NCBI GenBank assembly: GCA_002779395.1
Contig: PEWR01000061.1
Coordinates: 5,104-69,103 of the forward strand
DNA: 64,000 nucleotides
Reading direction: 5' to 3'
Source of the DNA: Ignavibacteriales bacterium CG07_land_8_20_14_0_80_59_12
GTDB lineage: Bacteria > Bacteroidota > Ignavibacteria > 0-14-0-80-59-12
The translations under genes were made by a program, and so were the position numbers. A model generated the notes under the pieces. That model worked only from the letters and a program-made list of their open reading frames with translations, did no database searches and had not been told where the DNA came from. This document shows positions 33,177-42,496 of the stretch, in pieces. Within the stretch, counting starts at the first letter, position 1; every line of letters begins with the position of its first letter.

Positions 33177-34466
33177 CTATACCAGCTCAGGATACAGCGG
33201 GAACCGGGCACAGAGATCCTCGACTCCATTTCTGACGTTCGCTTCCACAGCCGCATCCCCGATCCGTGTGATCACGCGGTCGATGAGATCTGCGATGATC
33301 TCCATCTCCGGCTCCTTCATCCCTCGCGTCGTCATCGCCGGTGTCCCGATCCTGATGCCGCTCGTCACCATCGGGCTTTGGGTGTCAAACGGAACCATGT
33401 TCTTGTTCACGGTGATGCCGGCGGCGTTGAGACTGTCCTCCGCCGCCTTCCCCGTTACCCCTTTGTTCCGCAGGTCGATGAGCATCAGGTGGTTATCGGT
33501 CCCGCCCGAAACGACCGCATATCCCTTCTCTGCCATCTTCAACGCAAGGTGCTTGGCATTCCGGATGACATGGGCGGCATACTCCCTGAACTCGGGTTTC
33601 AGGTTTTCCCCGAAGGCAACCGCCTTTGCCGCAATAACATGCATGAGGGGCCCACCCTGCATCCCGGGCATAACGGTGCTGTCCATCACCTCCGACATAC
33701 GTTTCAGGCGTCCACTCTTCGGTGCGGTGATGCCGAGCCGGTTCTCATGGTCTCTCCCGATGAGGATGAGGCCGCCGCGGGGGCCGCGGAGGGTCTTGTG
33801 TGTCGTCGAAGTGACGACGTCACAGTATGGGAGTGGGTCGCGGAGGAGCTTCGCCGCGATGAGTCCGGCCGGATGCGCAATGTCCGCCATGATGAACGCA
33901 CCCACGCTGTCTGCGACTGTGCGGAACTTGTCGTACTCGTAGTCGCGTGAGTACGCGCTCGCGCCGATGATAATAAGCTTCGGTTTCTCCCGCTTTGCGA
34001 CGTCTTCGACCTGGTTGAAATCCACGCGTCCGGTCTCGCGCTCAACACCGTAGGAGACGATACGGTAGAGTCGTCCGGAGAAGTTGACAGGGGAGCCGTG
34101 GGTAAGGTGCCCGCCGTGGGCGAGGTTCATCCCCATGACGGTGTCCCCCGGCTTCACATAGGTGAAATAGACCGCCATGTTTGCCTGCGAGCCCGAGTGC
34201 GGCTGCACGTTGGCATACTCAGCCCCGAAGAGCGCCTTCACACGGTCGCGTGCAAGGTTCTCTGCAACGTCGACGTACTCGCAGCCGCCGTAGTACCGCT
34301 TTCCCGGGTACCCTTCGGCATACTTGTTCGTCATGACCGAGCCAAGCGCTTCGAGGACAGCCGGGCTGACGAAGTTCTCCGACGCGATGAGCTCAAGCTT
34401 CGCGTTCTGCCGGTGAACCTCGCTCTGCAGTGAAGCGAAGACCTCGGGGTCGCGGCTCTTCAACAT
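33177..34466 (-). CDS. glyA: Serine hydroxymethyltransferase
   Basis: [15 protein letters not shown]-lysine motif; 429 aa. Confidence 0.95.
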   Translation of the reverse strand: MLKSRDPEVFASLQSEVHRQNAKLELIASENFVSPAVLEALGSVMTNKYAEGYPGKRYYGGCEYVDVAENLARDRVKALFGAEYANVQPHSGSQANMAVYFTYVKPGDTVMGMNLAHGGHLTHGSPVNFSGRLYRIVSYGVERETGRVDFNQVEDVAKREKPKLIIIGASAYSRDYEYDKFRTVADSVGAFIMADIAHPAGLIAAKLLRDPLPYCDVVTSTTHKTLRGPRGGLILIGRDHENRLGITAPKSGRLKRMSEVMDSTVMPGMQGGPLMHVIAAKAVAFGENLKPEFREYAAHVIRNAKHLALKMAEKGYAVVSGGTDNHLMLIDLRNKGVTGKAAEDSLNAAGITVNKNMVPFDTQSPMVTSGIRIGTPAMTTRGMKEPEMEIIADLIDRVITRIGDAAVEANVRNGVEDLCARFPLYPELV

Positions 34467-34497
34467 GAGTGAGGCGATCGTCGTCCTCTTTACATGG

Positions 34498-34935
34498 CTA
34501 CAGGTTCGTCAGGGTATGGATCAGCTCAACTCGCCGCTCGTGACGCCCTCCCTCGAATGGCGTCGTGAGGAATTCGCGGACGATCGCTTCGGCGGTCGCC
34601 CAGTCCGTGAGCCGTCCGCCGATGGCGAGAACGTTGGCGTCATTGTGGAGCCGGCCTAACCGCGCCGCTTCGACGCACTGGCACGCGGCCGCGCGCACGC
34701 CGGGGTGTTTGTTTGCTACAATCGACATCCCGATACCGGTACCGCAGAGAAGGATTCCCCTTTCGCACTCGCCGGTAGAAACCGCGGCCGCCGCAGCGTG
34801 CGCGAAGATAGGATAGTCAGACGCTTCCTGAGAGGCCGTTCCAAAGTCACGATACGAAAGCCCCAGAGATGTCAGGACTCCTTTGAGCCGCTCCTTGTAC
34901 TCGAACCCCGCGTGGTCGCTCGCGAGCGCGATCAT
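34498..34935 (-). CDS. rpiB: Ribose-5-phosphate isomerase B
   Basis: [14 protein letters not shown]...[13 protein letters not shown] (RpiB/LacAB family). Confidence 0.9.
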   Translation of the reverse strand: MIALASDHAGFEYKERLKGVLTSLGLSYRDFGTASQEASDYPIFAHAAAAAVSTGECERGILLCGTGIGMSIVANKHPGVRAAACQCVEAARLGRLHNDANVLAIGGRLTDWATAEAIVREFLTTPFEGGRHERRVELIHTLTNL

Positions 34936-34936
34936 C

Positions 34937-36199
34937 CTATCGCTCCTCGGGCCTATCGAACCACTTCTCGCTGGCGCTCAGCATCAGGCCGATGCGGAAG
35001 ACGCTGTCCTTCGGAAGGTCGCCGTTCGCGGAAGAGCGGAGGGCGTATTCGGCCGAGAGCCGCAGGAGCGTCCCGGTCGAGATTGGAAGCCCTACCCCGC
35101 CGCTCACACCGAGCTCATGTGTCGTGCTTCCCTTCACAGTCTCGTAGAGAGTCGAGTAGAATGCGCCGCCGCGCAGTTCCGTGCGCTCGGAGTATGAGGC
35201 CGTCGGGTCGACGGACGCGATCCGCTCGACCCCGATCGAAACCCGACTGAGATCGCTGAACGGTGAGGATGGGAGAAGAGGGCTCGACTTCGACCACGGC
35301 TGCATGTAATAGTCAGCCGCAACAAATGAGCGCGTGCCGAGCGGCAGGGAGACTCCCACGCCGAATGCGAGCGGCATATCCATGCTCGCGGAGACGCCGG
35401 CGGTCGTATCCTTCAGCTGTGCATAGCTGTAGTACGATTCGTACGAGAGGTTAAGTGTCGTTGGCGTAGTGAGGACGACACCGAGGGATGCGTTCTTGAG
35501 TGCCTCAATCGGGATGATCGACGGGATGTCGTCGAAGATCGCACCGAACGTGAAGTCCGCGCCGTACGCACCCGTGGTCTTCCTGATACTTCCCCCGGCA
35601 AGTTCATGGTTGTCGCTAAACTCAATAATTGTGTTCTGTCCGGCCGTTCCGAAGACGTAGTTGAACCGGGCGCCGAAGTGAAGTGACTTCAAGAGATCGT
35701 AGGAGAATCCGATCGTTCCGACCGACGTCCCTCCGTCACCAAAGTAGCGTACCTTCGCCGTCGAGCCGAAGAGGGAGGTCGGGCTCTCGATATTGTAGTT
35801 CATCGTTGAGAAGGGAAGGAACCCCCCCGCCACCGCAAGCCCCTGGCTTTCTGAAATCGGGATGGCAAAGAGTACGCCGTTGAAGTTGCCCCAGCTCTGA
35901 AAGACTCTCCCGTTCGGATCGCTCGTCCTGTACCCCTCGTAGAGGAACCCGACGTCAAGACGGGTCCGCTCGATGCGTGCCCACCCGGCAGGGTTGAGCG
36001 CGTTGATAGAACGAGGCCTCAGAAGCGCAATTCCGGTGTTTGCCATTCCTGCAGCCGCAGTGCCTCCCAGGTACCGGAGGTCGCCGAGGCCAAGACTGGA
36101 ATAGGGAGACCCACCCCCCGACGCCACAAGGAGAGAGGGGAGCATGGCACTCAGGAGAAGCATTCGTCGGAACACGGTCATCGGGTGCTGTTTCCTCAT
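34937..36199 (-). CDS. Putative outer-membrane protein (FadL/TodX-like N-terminal motif), signal peptide
   Basis: Signal peptide MRKQHPMTVFRRMLLLSAMLPSLLVA. Gly/Ser/Tyr-rich alternating pattern typical of beta-barrels. NALNPAG motif. It does not end in an aromatic residue, so the call is tentative. Confidence 0.4.
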   Translation of the reverse strand: MRKQHPMTVFRRMLLLSAMLPSLLVASGGGSPYSSLGLGDLRYLGGTAAAGMANTGIALLRPRSINALNPAGWARIERTRLDVGFLYEGYRTSDPNGRVFQSWGNFNGVLFAIPISESQGLAVAGGFLPFSTMNYNIESPTSLFGSTAKVRYFGDGGTSVGTIGFSYDLLKSLHFGARFNYVFGTAGQNTIIEFSDNHELAGGSIRKTTGAYGADFTFGAIFDDIPSIIPIEALKNASLGVVLTTPTTLNLSYESYYSYAQLKDTTAGVSASMDMPLAFGVGVSLPLGTRSFVAADYYMQPWSKSSPLLPSSPFSDLSRVSIGVERIASVDPTASYSERTELRGGAFYSTLYETVKGSTTHELGVSGGVGLPISTGTLLRLSAEYALRSSANGDLPKDSVFRIGLMLSASEKWFDRPEER

Positions 36200-37356
36200 T
36201 TCACTGGTGTGTATCTGATGATGAGCCGGGGGCGGAGCAGCGTGTCGGCCTGCGCACCGTAGAAGACGAACCGGTCGAGACGGTAGCTCTCAGCGAGCGG
36301 ACGGAGCACGATGCCCTGGTTGGATTCTCCGGAAACCCAGCGCTGCACGATCGGGCCGATGGGAACCTCCAGCGTCTGCGAGGTAAGAGATCGCGGGGCG
36401 CTCGGCTGGTAGCCCGTCGTGCTGTACGCCTTGCTCGAAGAGTCGGTCACGAAGTACGCGACGAGGCTGTCGACCGAGTAGTGGTTCAACAGTGTCGCCT
36501 GCTGATCGACCGAGAGGATGAGCCGCGCATCATGAATGATTGCCCGGGCTGGAATTGATCTCACGTCGGCGAAGAGGTATCCGCGCTGGCCAACGCCTCC
36601 TGCGATGACAAACCGTCCCTGGGGGATGCTGAGAGAACCCGGGTGGGCCGCGTAGGCGGACGAGCCGGTGATGAGCTGCAGCGTGTCGAGTCTACCGCTC
36701 TTCGCGTAGGCGATCTCAAGCCGCGGGGGCGTCCCCCAGATGAACGAGCCGAATCCCTTGACGATGTTCGTGCCGCCTGACGCGACGAGGGCGATACCGT
36801 TGACGGGGACCGAATCTGCTCTCTGCTGAAACCACCTTTGAATGAGCGCAGGATCCAGCGAGATCGCAACCGTGCCGGTGTCGGGAAAGACGCCCGTGAG
36901 TGAGCCGACAGAAGCGGAGTTGTAGAAGCCCGGCGTGATGGATGACCAGTATACACTGTCCGCTTTCCAGGCCGATGCCACTTCGTGGACGCTCATCAAG
37001 AACGATGCGAGTGTGTCCCCGAACGAGTAGGTTGGGCTGAGCGTGAGGATCGCGCTCGAGACGGCCGCTCCCTTGAGCGTGTCCGGAATGTCGGAGAAAG
37101 AGAGAAGTCCCACCGATTCACAGAGGGGCGAGTTCCCGACGATCAACACGTTGCCCTGTCCCGTGCCGAAGGTTGCCGGGAAGGTCACCGCCTGGGATGG
37201 GTAGAGTATGGAGCTGTCTGCCGCCACGAGATCCTCCGGAGGTATGATCCCGATCCCTGTCCCGTTTGGCTCCTTGGTGCAGGCGTTCAGGAGGAAAGAA
37301 AGGAGCAGCACAGACAGTGCCGCGAATGTCCGCCCCGGGTGAAGGAAGCTGCGCAT
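36196..37356 (-). CDS. Hypothetical lipoprotein (DUF4270-like, the family that commonly neighbours glgA in Bacteroidetes)
   Basis: Lipobox LLSFLLNAC. 386 aa. The DUF4270 guess rests on synteny with glgA and length only, not on motifs. Confidence 0.45.
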   Translation of the reverse strand: MRSFLHPGRTFAALSVLLLSFLLNACTKEPNGTGIGIIPPEDLVAADSSILYPSQAVTFPATFGTGQGNVLIVGNSPLCESVGLLSFSDIPDTLKGAAVSSAILTLSPTYSFGDTLASFLMSVHEVASAWKADSVYWSSITPGFYNSASVGSLTGVFPDTGTVAISLDPALIQRWFQQRADSVPVNGIALVASGGTNIVKGFGSFIWGTPPRLEIAYAKSGRLDTLQLITGSSAYAAHPGSLSIPQGRFVIAGGVGQRGYLFADVRSIPARAIIHDARLILSVDQQATLLNHYSVDSLVAYFVTDSSSKAYSTTGYQPSAPRSLTSQTLEVPIGPIVQRWVSGESNQGIVLRPLAESYRLDRFVFYGAQADTLLRPRLIIRYTPVK

Positions 37357-37362
37357 ACAGTC

Positions 37363-37951
37363 CTATCCGTTGTTCGTTGAAGTCACACTCGTGATGTAGC
37401 GGACGGCGTCAAGCAGGTCGTCGGCCACGTGCTCAGGGACCGCCCCGTCCGGACCGATTCTTTTTTCTTCCACCGATCCGTAGCCGGTCCTCACAAGAAC
37501 GGAACGAGCACCTCCGTTGTGCCCGGTCTCCACATCGATGAGCTTGTCACCGACAATGAACGACCGGCTCAGGTCGATGCCGAGCTCGTCACGCGCACGC
37601 AAGAGCATGCCCGGTTTCGGCTTCCGGCAGCTGCACTCATCGGCCGGCGAAAGGTCGGGCGCCGCCGGGAGATGCGGACAGTAGAAGATGCCATCAACTG
37701 CGACCCCGTCAGCGGCGAGGAGCTCTTCGAGCCGCGCGTTGACCCTCCTGACATCTTCCTCGGTGAGGAGTCCCCTGCCGACACCGGCCTGGTTCGAGAC
37801 GATGATGATCTTGAAACCGTTCGCGCGGGCTTCGCGGATAGCCTCGGCTGCCCCGGGTATGAGACGGACCTGGTCCGGTGAAGAGAGGAAATTCGCTTCC
37901 TCATTGACTGTCCCGTCGCGGTCAAGAAAGATAGCACCACTGGAGCGGGTC
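37363..37951 (-). CDS. gmhB: D-glycero-D-manno-heptose-1,7-bisphosphate phosphatase-like HAD phosphatase
   Basis: AIFLDRDGTVNE and CSCRKPKPGM motifs. The start is probably the GTG at 37951, 2 nt into the glgA stop. The track ORF extends to 38010. Confidence 0.75.
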
Positions 37952-39440
37952 ACGATTTCTTTCCGAGTTTCCGGTACAGGCCGAGGTACTTCTTCGCTGA
38001 AGACTCCCACGAGAAATCCCTCGACATCCCTTCCTTTACAATCCTACGCCAGAGAGTCTGGTCACGCCACGCCTTCAAAGCGCGGTCGATGGCACCGAGG
38101 AGGGCAGGCGCCTTGTACTCTTCGAACTTGAACCCGGTCCCCTTCCCCGACTTCGGCTCTACATCCTCAATCGTGTCATCGAGCCCGCCGGTAGCACGGA
38201 CAATGGGGACGGTGCCATATTTCAGGCTGTAGAGTTGATTGAGTCCGCAAGGCTCATACCGCGACGGCATGAGGAACATATCCGAGCCGGCCTCGATGAG
38301 GTGGGCAAGCTCATTACTGAAGCCCAGATAGACTCCGACCTTCGAGGGGAATTTCTTCTTCAGCGACTCGAAGAGGTCGTGGTACTTCTTCTCGCCCGTC
38401 CCAAGGACAACGATCTGAAGGTCGCGCTTCATGAGTTCGTCGGCGACCTCGCCGATAAGGTCAAATCCCTTCTGGTCGGCGAGCCGTGAGATGATGCCGA
38501 TGACGGGGGTGGAGTCGTTGAACTCGAGGTTGAGTTTCTTCAGGAGCGCCTTCTTGTTCTCGACCTTGTTGTTGACCGTGGCGGGTTCATAGCGGAACGG
38601 GATGAGCGTATCGACAGCGGGGCTCCAGACGTTGTAGTCAATGCCGTTGATGATGCCGAAGAGGTCGTTCTTGCGTTTCTGGAGGACGCCGCTCATCCCT
38701 GCGCCGAACTCCTCGTGCGTCCGGATCTCAACCGCGTAGCGCTCGCTCACCGTCGTGATGATGTCGGCAAATACCAACCCGGACTTCAGGAAATTGAGGT
38801 GGCCGAAGAACTCGACTCCCTTGGGGGAGAAAAGCTCCTGCGGGAGGCCTGTCTTCTTGAATGATGGTGCGGGAAATGAACCCTGGTAGGCAATGTTGTG
38901 CACCGTGAAGACGGTCTTCACATCCTTGAAGAACGGGTCGTTCTTGTAGAAGGTCTTCAGGTAGACGGGGATGAGTCCGGTCTGCCAGTCATTGCAGTGG
39001 ATGATGTCTGGCTGCCAGCCGAGGCGCTTGAGCGTCTCAAGGATCCCCCGGCAGTAGAAAATGAACCGCTCGTCGTTGTCCGGATAGTCCTTCTTCGTGG
39101 CCGGATCCACATAGAGACCGCTTCGGCTTCCAAAAAAGCCGTCATGCGTGTAGAAGTAGACCTGTACCTTCGCACGCTGGCCCACAATGAAAGAGGAACG
39201 TATTCCACCCTTCTCCACCCTGTCACCGATGGGGATCTTGATGTCGCGAAGACGGATCACCTCGTGGAGCCTGAACTTCCCTTCGTCGATGGCTCCGTAC
39301 TTGGGCATCATGATACGAACCTCAACGCCAAGCTCTTTCAGCGTCTGAGGGAGCGCCCCGGAGACGTCCGCGAGGCCGCCGGTTTTCGCAAACGGATCGA
39401 CCTCGCTCGAAACGAAGAGGACATTCAACGGTTTCAGCAT
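37950..39440 (-). CDS. glgA: Glycogen (starch) synthase
   Basis: The start is placed at ATG 39440 (MLKPLNVLFVSSEVDPFAKTGGLADV; the KTGGL motif). The track ORF has a 94-codon junk extension. C-terminal GT-B domain. Confidence 0.9.
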   Translation of the reverse strand: MLKPLNVLFVSSEVDPFAKTGGLADVSGALPQTLKELGVEVRIMMPKYGAIDEGKFRLHEVIRLRDIKIPIGDRVEKGGIRSSFIVGQRAKVQVYFYTHDGFFGSRSGLYVDPATKKDYPDNDERFIFYCRGILETLKRLGWQPDIIHCNDWQTGLIPVYLKTFYKNDPFFKDVKTVFTVHNIAYQGSFPAPSFKKTGLPQELFSPKGVEFFGHLNFLKSGLVFADIITTVSERYAVEIRTHEEFGAGMSGVLQKRKNDLFGIINGIDYNVWSPAVDTLIPFRYEPATVNNKVENKKALLKKLNLEFNDSTPVIGIISRLADQKGFDLIGEVADELMKRDLQIVVLGTGEKKYHDLFESLKKKFPSKVGVYLGFSNELAHLIEAGSDMFLMPSRYEPCGLNQLYSLKYGTVPIVRATGGLDDTIEDVEPKSGKGTGFKFEEYKAPALLGAIDRALKAWRDQTLWRRIVKEGMSRDFSWESSAKKYLGLYRKLGKKS

Positions 39441-39483
39441 CGAAGCAATCCCCCATCCCGTGGCAGGTACAAAATACTTGTCT

Positions 39484-39512
39484 AAGGTACGAAAGGAAGG
39501 GCTAAGAAACAA
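39484..39512 (-). promoter_or_regulatory. Promoter TTGTTTCTTAG...-N17-TACCTT upstream of glgA
   Basis: The minus strand reads TTGTTTCTTAGCCCTTCCTTTCGTACCTT. The first 11 nt are identical to the plsY promoter. Confidence 0.45.
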
Positions 39513-39580
39513 ACCTCCTTTTGAGGCCCATGGAAGGCACATGAAGCGTCGCTCCCGTCTCTCCCCGCCTTCATCGGCTA

Positions 39581-39609
39581 TTGAAACATCGTTCGGCTTG
39601 CGGTATATT
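39581..39609 (+). promoter_or_regulatory. Strong sigma70-type promoter TTGAAA-N17-TATATT for the multihaem cytochrome gene, followed by a ~125-nt structured 5' UTR
   Basis: ttgaaacatcgttcggcttgcggtatatt. Downstream there are nested inverted repeats gagaagcc/ggcttctc and cttgc/gcaag before the GGAGGAG RBS. Confidence 0.5.
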
Positions 39610-39736
39610 GTCACGTTGCGCCGTGCCTCAAGAGCTGTGCTGGGTGCAGGCTCTCGCATTGCCGCCGGCCTCTGTGAGAGAAGCCTTGCGCGGCAAGCGG
39701 GGCTTCTCGAGGCCGCCAACAACGGAGGAGAAAGGA

Positions 39737-41233
39737 ATGAGAAGGAAGAGGTTCCCGGATATACTGTACAACCCCATCAGCATGGTCGGAGCGGGCATTG
39801 CGACTGTCAGCTTCGTGATGATTGTGTTCTTGATGCTCGTTGACATCGTTACCGCCGCGCCGGCTCCCTACCTGGGTATCATCACTTTCATCCTGCTTCC
39901 TGCCATCCTCATCCTCGGCCTCATCATCGTCTCGGTCGGTGTTCTGGCGGAGCGTCGCCGGCGGCATCGCATGACCGGCATCGAAAAACCCCCTCTCCCG
40001 CGGATTGACTTGAATGAACCGAGACAGCGGACGGCGTTCTTCTTCTTCTCCACCGGCACTATCGTGCTGCTCCTTTTCAGCGCCGTCGGCAGCTACCGGG
40101 CATTCGAGTTCACCGAATCGGTCCAGTTCTGCGGCACGCTTTGCCATGAAGTCATGAACCCTGAATACACTACGTACCGTCATTCCCCGCACGCACGCGT
40201 GCGATGCGTCGACTGCCACGTCGGCTCAGGAGCGAGCTGGTACGTGCGATCGAAGCTTTCGGGCGTGTATCAGATCTACGCCGCCCTCTTCGATAAATAC
40301 CCCCGCCCGATCCCAACGCCGATCAAGAATCTGCGTCCCGCCAGGGAGACATGTGAGGAGTGTCACTGGCCGGGTGCTTTTCTCGGCGAGAAGAGGATCA
40401 CGAAAGAATACTTCCTCTCGGATTCCGGAAATTCTGCCTGGACTCTCGATATGCTCCTGAAGATCGGAAGCGGGACAGTGGCCGAGGAGCCGCGTCCGGG
40501 CGTCCACTGGCACGTTTCCAACACTATCGTAAAGTATATCGCAACCGACTCGATACTGCAGGTCCTCCCCTGGGTGAGCCTCGAGCAGCCGGGCAAGAAG
40601 CCGATCATTTACGTCTCCGAGGAGAATCCCATATCTGACGAACAAATGAGAGAAGCGAAGGTCGCGACCGTGGACTGCATGGATTGCCACAACCGCCCAA
40701 CGCATATCATACGGAATCCGACCGACGCCGTGAATGCCGCGATGGCGAAAGGAAGCATCAACCCGACGCTTCCGCTTGCCAAGAAGATCTCCGTCCAGGC
40801 GCTCATCCCTAACTACACGTCAGAGGAGACGGCGTTTGACAGCATCGGGATTCAGTTGAGGGAGTATTACCAGCAGAACTACCCGCAGATATTCACGAGC
40901 CGAAAGGGCGACATTGAATCGGCCGTAACTGCGCTCAAGGCCATCTACCAGGAGAACTTTTTCCCATACATGCGCGTCGACTGGCGGGCGTACCGAAACA
41001 ACATCGGCCACCACAATACCGCGGGCTGCTTCCGGTGCCATGACGGCAAGCACAAGAGCAGCGACGGCCGCGTCATCTCGAATGACTGCCAAACCTGTCA
41101 CGTGATCCTCGCACAGGGGAGGAGCCTCGCGAGGGAGGCGAACCTCTTCGGCCTCCCATTTCAGCACCCGGCCGATGTCGGGGACGCCTGGAAGACCACG
41201 CTGTGCAGCGACTGCCACGACGGAACACAGTAG
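39737..41233 (+). CDS. Membrane-anchored heptahaem c-type cytochrome: NapC/NirT-like N-terminal module plus an extra multihaem C-terminal domain
   Basis: Seven CxxCH motifs (CGTLCH, CVDCH, CEECH, CMDCH, CFRCH, CQTCH, CSDCH). N-terminal TM helix. NapC/NrfH-type spacing of haems 1-2 (C..CH...SPH..VRCVDCH). The start is placed at ATG 39737 with a GGAGGAG RBS. The track ORF starts at an upstream TTG. Confidence 0.85.
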   Translation: MRRKRFPDILYNPISMVGAGIATVSFVMIVFLMLVDIVTAAPAPYLGIITFILLPAILILGLIIVSVGVLAERRRRHRMTGIEKPPLPRIDLNEPRQRTAFFFFSTGTIVLLLFSAVGSYRAFEFTESVQFCGTLCHEVMNPEYTTYRHSPHARVRCVDCHVGSGASWYVRSKLSGVYQIYAALFDKYPRPIPTPIKNLRPARETCEECHWPGAFLGEKRITKEYFLSDSGNSAWTLDMLLKIGSGTVAEEPRPGVHWHVSNTIVKYIATDSILQVLPWVSLEQPGKKPIIYVSEENPISDEQMREAKVATVDCMDCHNRPTHIIRNPTDAVNAAMAKGSINPTLPLAKKISVQALIPNYTSEETAFDSIGIQLREYYQQNYPQIFTSRKGDIESAVTALKAIYQENFFPYMRVDWRAYRNNIGHHNTAGCFRCHDGKHKSSDGRVISNDCQTCHVILAQGRSLAREANLFGLPFQHPADVGDAWKTTLCSDCHDGTQ

Positions 41234-41360
41234 AAGGCAGCACCCCCCAGACAACGCACGATTTGCGCACGCCCGGCAAAGTCTGCATGAACATGAGGGG
41301 CGTGTTGCCTTATTGCCGCGGAAACCAATGGCTTTCGGCAGTCTGCCGCTGGCACGGGGA

Positions 41361-41389
41361 TTGAAGCTCATTGTACGGAGAGATAGAAT
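41361..41389 (+). promoter_or_regulatory. Sigma70-type promoter TTGAAG-N17-TAGAAT for the lipoprotein gene
   Basis: It lies 42 nt upstream of ATG 41431. Confidence 0.4.
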
Positions 41390-41430
41390 CTTCACGACGC
41401 CAGCTTGTTGCACATTACTCGAGGGACGAG

Positions 41431-42384
41431 ATGAAACAGACGACCTTGAAGCTACGAGACACATGGTTATGCATTGTCGCATCCGTGCTTATCCTTGGTG
41501 CGGCGCTGTCAGGATGCCAGAAGAGCAGCAACCCGGCTCAGCCGACATCAGAAGCATCCGCATCAACAAACCAGGATGCCGCCCTCTCGGTCGCGAGTGC
41601 CGTGAGTGAGAACAACGGCGGTGCGCTTGATCAGATGGGCGATGCGGCCGACCTCTCCTGTGGCCTCAGGATTCGCGGAGATTCCGAGGGGCTCATGTGG
41701 GGACACGGCGTGGGGATGGGAATGGGATTCGGTCATGGGCATGGAATTGTCGACACGACGTACAATCCGGCCACAGCTTGGTGGACGGCAAATCTGACGC
41801 GGACACGAGGCTCGGAAGACGGCAACTACTCTGCGACATTGACTCGAACGTATCAATACCAGTTCCTGGACAAGAATGGTCAGCCGCAGAAATACTGGAA
41901 GGTCACGAACGCGGGCGGAACGGTCGACACAGCCTACAGCATCCACTTCAAGATCATTCGCGGCTCCGGAGAGCACCACACTCCCCGCATATCAGCCCAC
42001 CTCACATCGCTCAGCGGCGACTGGATGGTAACAGGAACGAATACGCGAACCATCACGATAAACGGAACGTATGCCCGCACGGGCGTGGATACCGTCATGA
42101 GACATGATGCGATGAGGACGCTGAGCTATTCACTTGACCTCACTTTCAACAATGTGACAGGCCCGAGGACCGGACGGGAGGAGTTTTCGCGCAAGACGAG
42201 CGGCACGATTACCGGGACATACACTGGACTTGCGACATACACGAAGGGGAATGAGCACTCGGAGCAAACCATCAGCCGCACGATCAATATCACTTTTAGC
42301 GGTAGCGGCCGGGGAGGCATCGACGTGGACAACGACCACTTCCCCTTCGACTCCTCGCTGGGCGATCTTGACGAGAACGATTGA
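41431..42384 (+). CDS. Hypothetical lipoprotein with a His/Met-rich motif (GHGVGMGMGFGHGHG); possible periplasmic metal-binding beta-rich protein
   Basis: The start is placed at ATG 41431 (MKQTTLKLRDTWLCIVASVLILGAALSGCQ lipobox). Thr/Ser/Gly-rich beta-strand-like repeats (TRTYQYQF, TGTNTRTITINGTYARTG, GTITGTYTGLATYTKG). Confidence 0.6.
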   Translation: MKQTTLKLRDTWLCIVASVLILGAALSGCQKSSNPAQPTSEASASTNQDAALSVASAVSENNGGALDQMGDAADLSCGLRIRGDSEGLMWGHGVGMGMGFGHGHGIVDTTYNPATAWWTANLTRTRGSEDGNYSATLTRTYQYQFLDKNGQPQKYWKVTNAGGTVDTAYSIHFKIIRGSGEHHTPRISAHLTSLSGDWMVTGTNTRTITINGTYARTGVDTVMRHDAMRTLSYSLDLTFNNVTGPRTGREEFSRKTSGTITGTYTGLATYTKGNEHSEQTISRTINITFSGSGRGGIDVDNDHFPFDSSLGDLDEND

Positions 42385-42496
42385 CAACTCTTGACTGCCG
42401 GACTGCTTGCCACGGCTATCAATAGACCTTGTTGCGCTCGGTGAGAGACTATGCGCAAGCCGGTGAAAGACGGGGCTAGTGTGCGTCGCTCCGCGT

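Noticed and set aside
39460-39843. 127-aa plus-strand ORF starting in the glgA/cytochrome intergenic region
   Set aside because: It runs through the mapped promoter and 5' UTR and is out of frame with the cytochrome gene. The cytochrome start at 39737 has a strong RBS.
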